A DNA stretch of 20,000 nucleotides from Psammoneis japonica. Lineage: Eukaryota. This document shows, piece after piece, positions 19,244 to 20,000 of the stretch. Location of the stretch: positions 288,037 to 308,036 of the forward strand of contig QPGO01000100.1 in NCBI GenBank assembly GCA_008632985.1, read 5' to 3'. Under the pieces are notes generated by a model. That model was given only the letters and a program-made list of their open reading frames with translations. It was not told the DNA's origin and did no database searches. Numbering within the stretch: position 1 is the first letter of the stretch; the number at the start of each line of letters is the position of its first letter. A program made the translations under genes and the position numbers.

Positions 19244-19350
19244 CTCCGAAGCTCTTCCTGGGAGCCAGTTGCATCAACGAATTCAATGGCTCTCGTCCAG
19301 TCCCTTTGGCGCACATAATTGAGGAGTGCCCTTTCATCATTGTTCTCCAT
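19244..19350 (-). pseudogene. 5' part of the interrupted ankyrin-like gene
   Basis: MENNDERALLNYVRQRDWTRAIEFVDATGSQEELR continues as SLATASDPRTG from 16835; the reconstructed CDS is 107+1117 = 1224 nt (407 aa). Confidence 0.85.
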
Positions 19351-20000
19351 TGTTGTTGCGCCGTTCGTACCGACTGTGGTTATGAAATTTACCTGTGCAC
19401 TGTAATGTCTTCGGCGAGAGTGCGTTTCGGTTTTTTGTGTGAGCGTGGTTTTGGCGGGAGTTCGATTATTTAGGTCTAACAAAACATATGAAGCCTAATA
19501 GCATAAATACATTTATATGACATACAATAACATAAGTATACATTTGCAGAAGCTGTTTCGGACAATGACCGTTTTTCGATTTTTAGTAGAAATCGTACCA
19601 GCTTTTACACCAAACGCGCTGTTTTCTGCGAGGCCAGAAAGTTCAAGGTTTTCTCGTGTCACATGGTATGCAGAATAACAGCAGTACCGGCAAGGAAGAG
19701 AAGTCTTGGATGGAAGCAGCGGCCCCGGAAATGGCATTTCAGTTGTGGCTATTGCATTGATAGCGTCCTATCAAGTCAATACGAGGAAGTATGAAGTCGT
19801 CCCTGGTCAAAAAGTTTCTCAAGAAACGACGTAATCATCAATCGAGCAAGTCAGCAAAAAAGCATGCGGATGGAACGAGTTGCACCAGTGCAGCGTTGGA
19901 AGAAGCCACAGCAAGTCAAGACGAAGGACAACAAAAAGAGTGTCATGTGGAATTACGCAACGATGAGGGTGTTCCGAAATATGTGCAAATGACCTTTACT

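Noticed and set aside
19740..20000. Possible coding sequence running off the right edge (…ALEEATASQDEGQQKECHVELRNDEGVPKYVQMTFT)
   Set aside because: No clear start or family motif within the window; cannot be supported.

Overview
Eukaryotic, gene-dense, apparently intron-poor window; the gene families and intergenic style suggest a pennate diatom (inference). Left to right: the 3' end of a pyruvate dehydrogenase kinase gene; a ~4 kb block of decayed gene pieces (unknown gene, VWA-protein C-terminus, 5-formyl-THF cyclo-ligase-like); two 11-bp-period arrays; a PhyH-type dioxygenase; a TAZ-finger + bromodomain gene; a head-to-head pair of SGNH/PC-esterase-like membrane proteins; two tandem degenerate G-alpha genes lacking the helical domain; and an ankyrin-like gene split by a complete 2.4 kb hAT-like transposon (14-bp TIRs, 7-bp TSD). 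The strongest signal is compositional. The transposon body and the 1.2-5.1 kb block have lost almost all TpA dinucleotides (hand count ~5-6/kb versus ~43/kb in a neighbouring intact gene), and Tyr codons appear replaced by His/Cys. This suggests a repeat-targeted A-to-G hypermutation at TpA on both strands, a RIP-like genome defence with the opposite chemistry. Many genes also carry single-base indels that may be assembly errors. All counts are manual and approximate; family calls come from motif recognition, not database searches.
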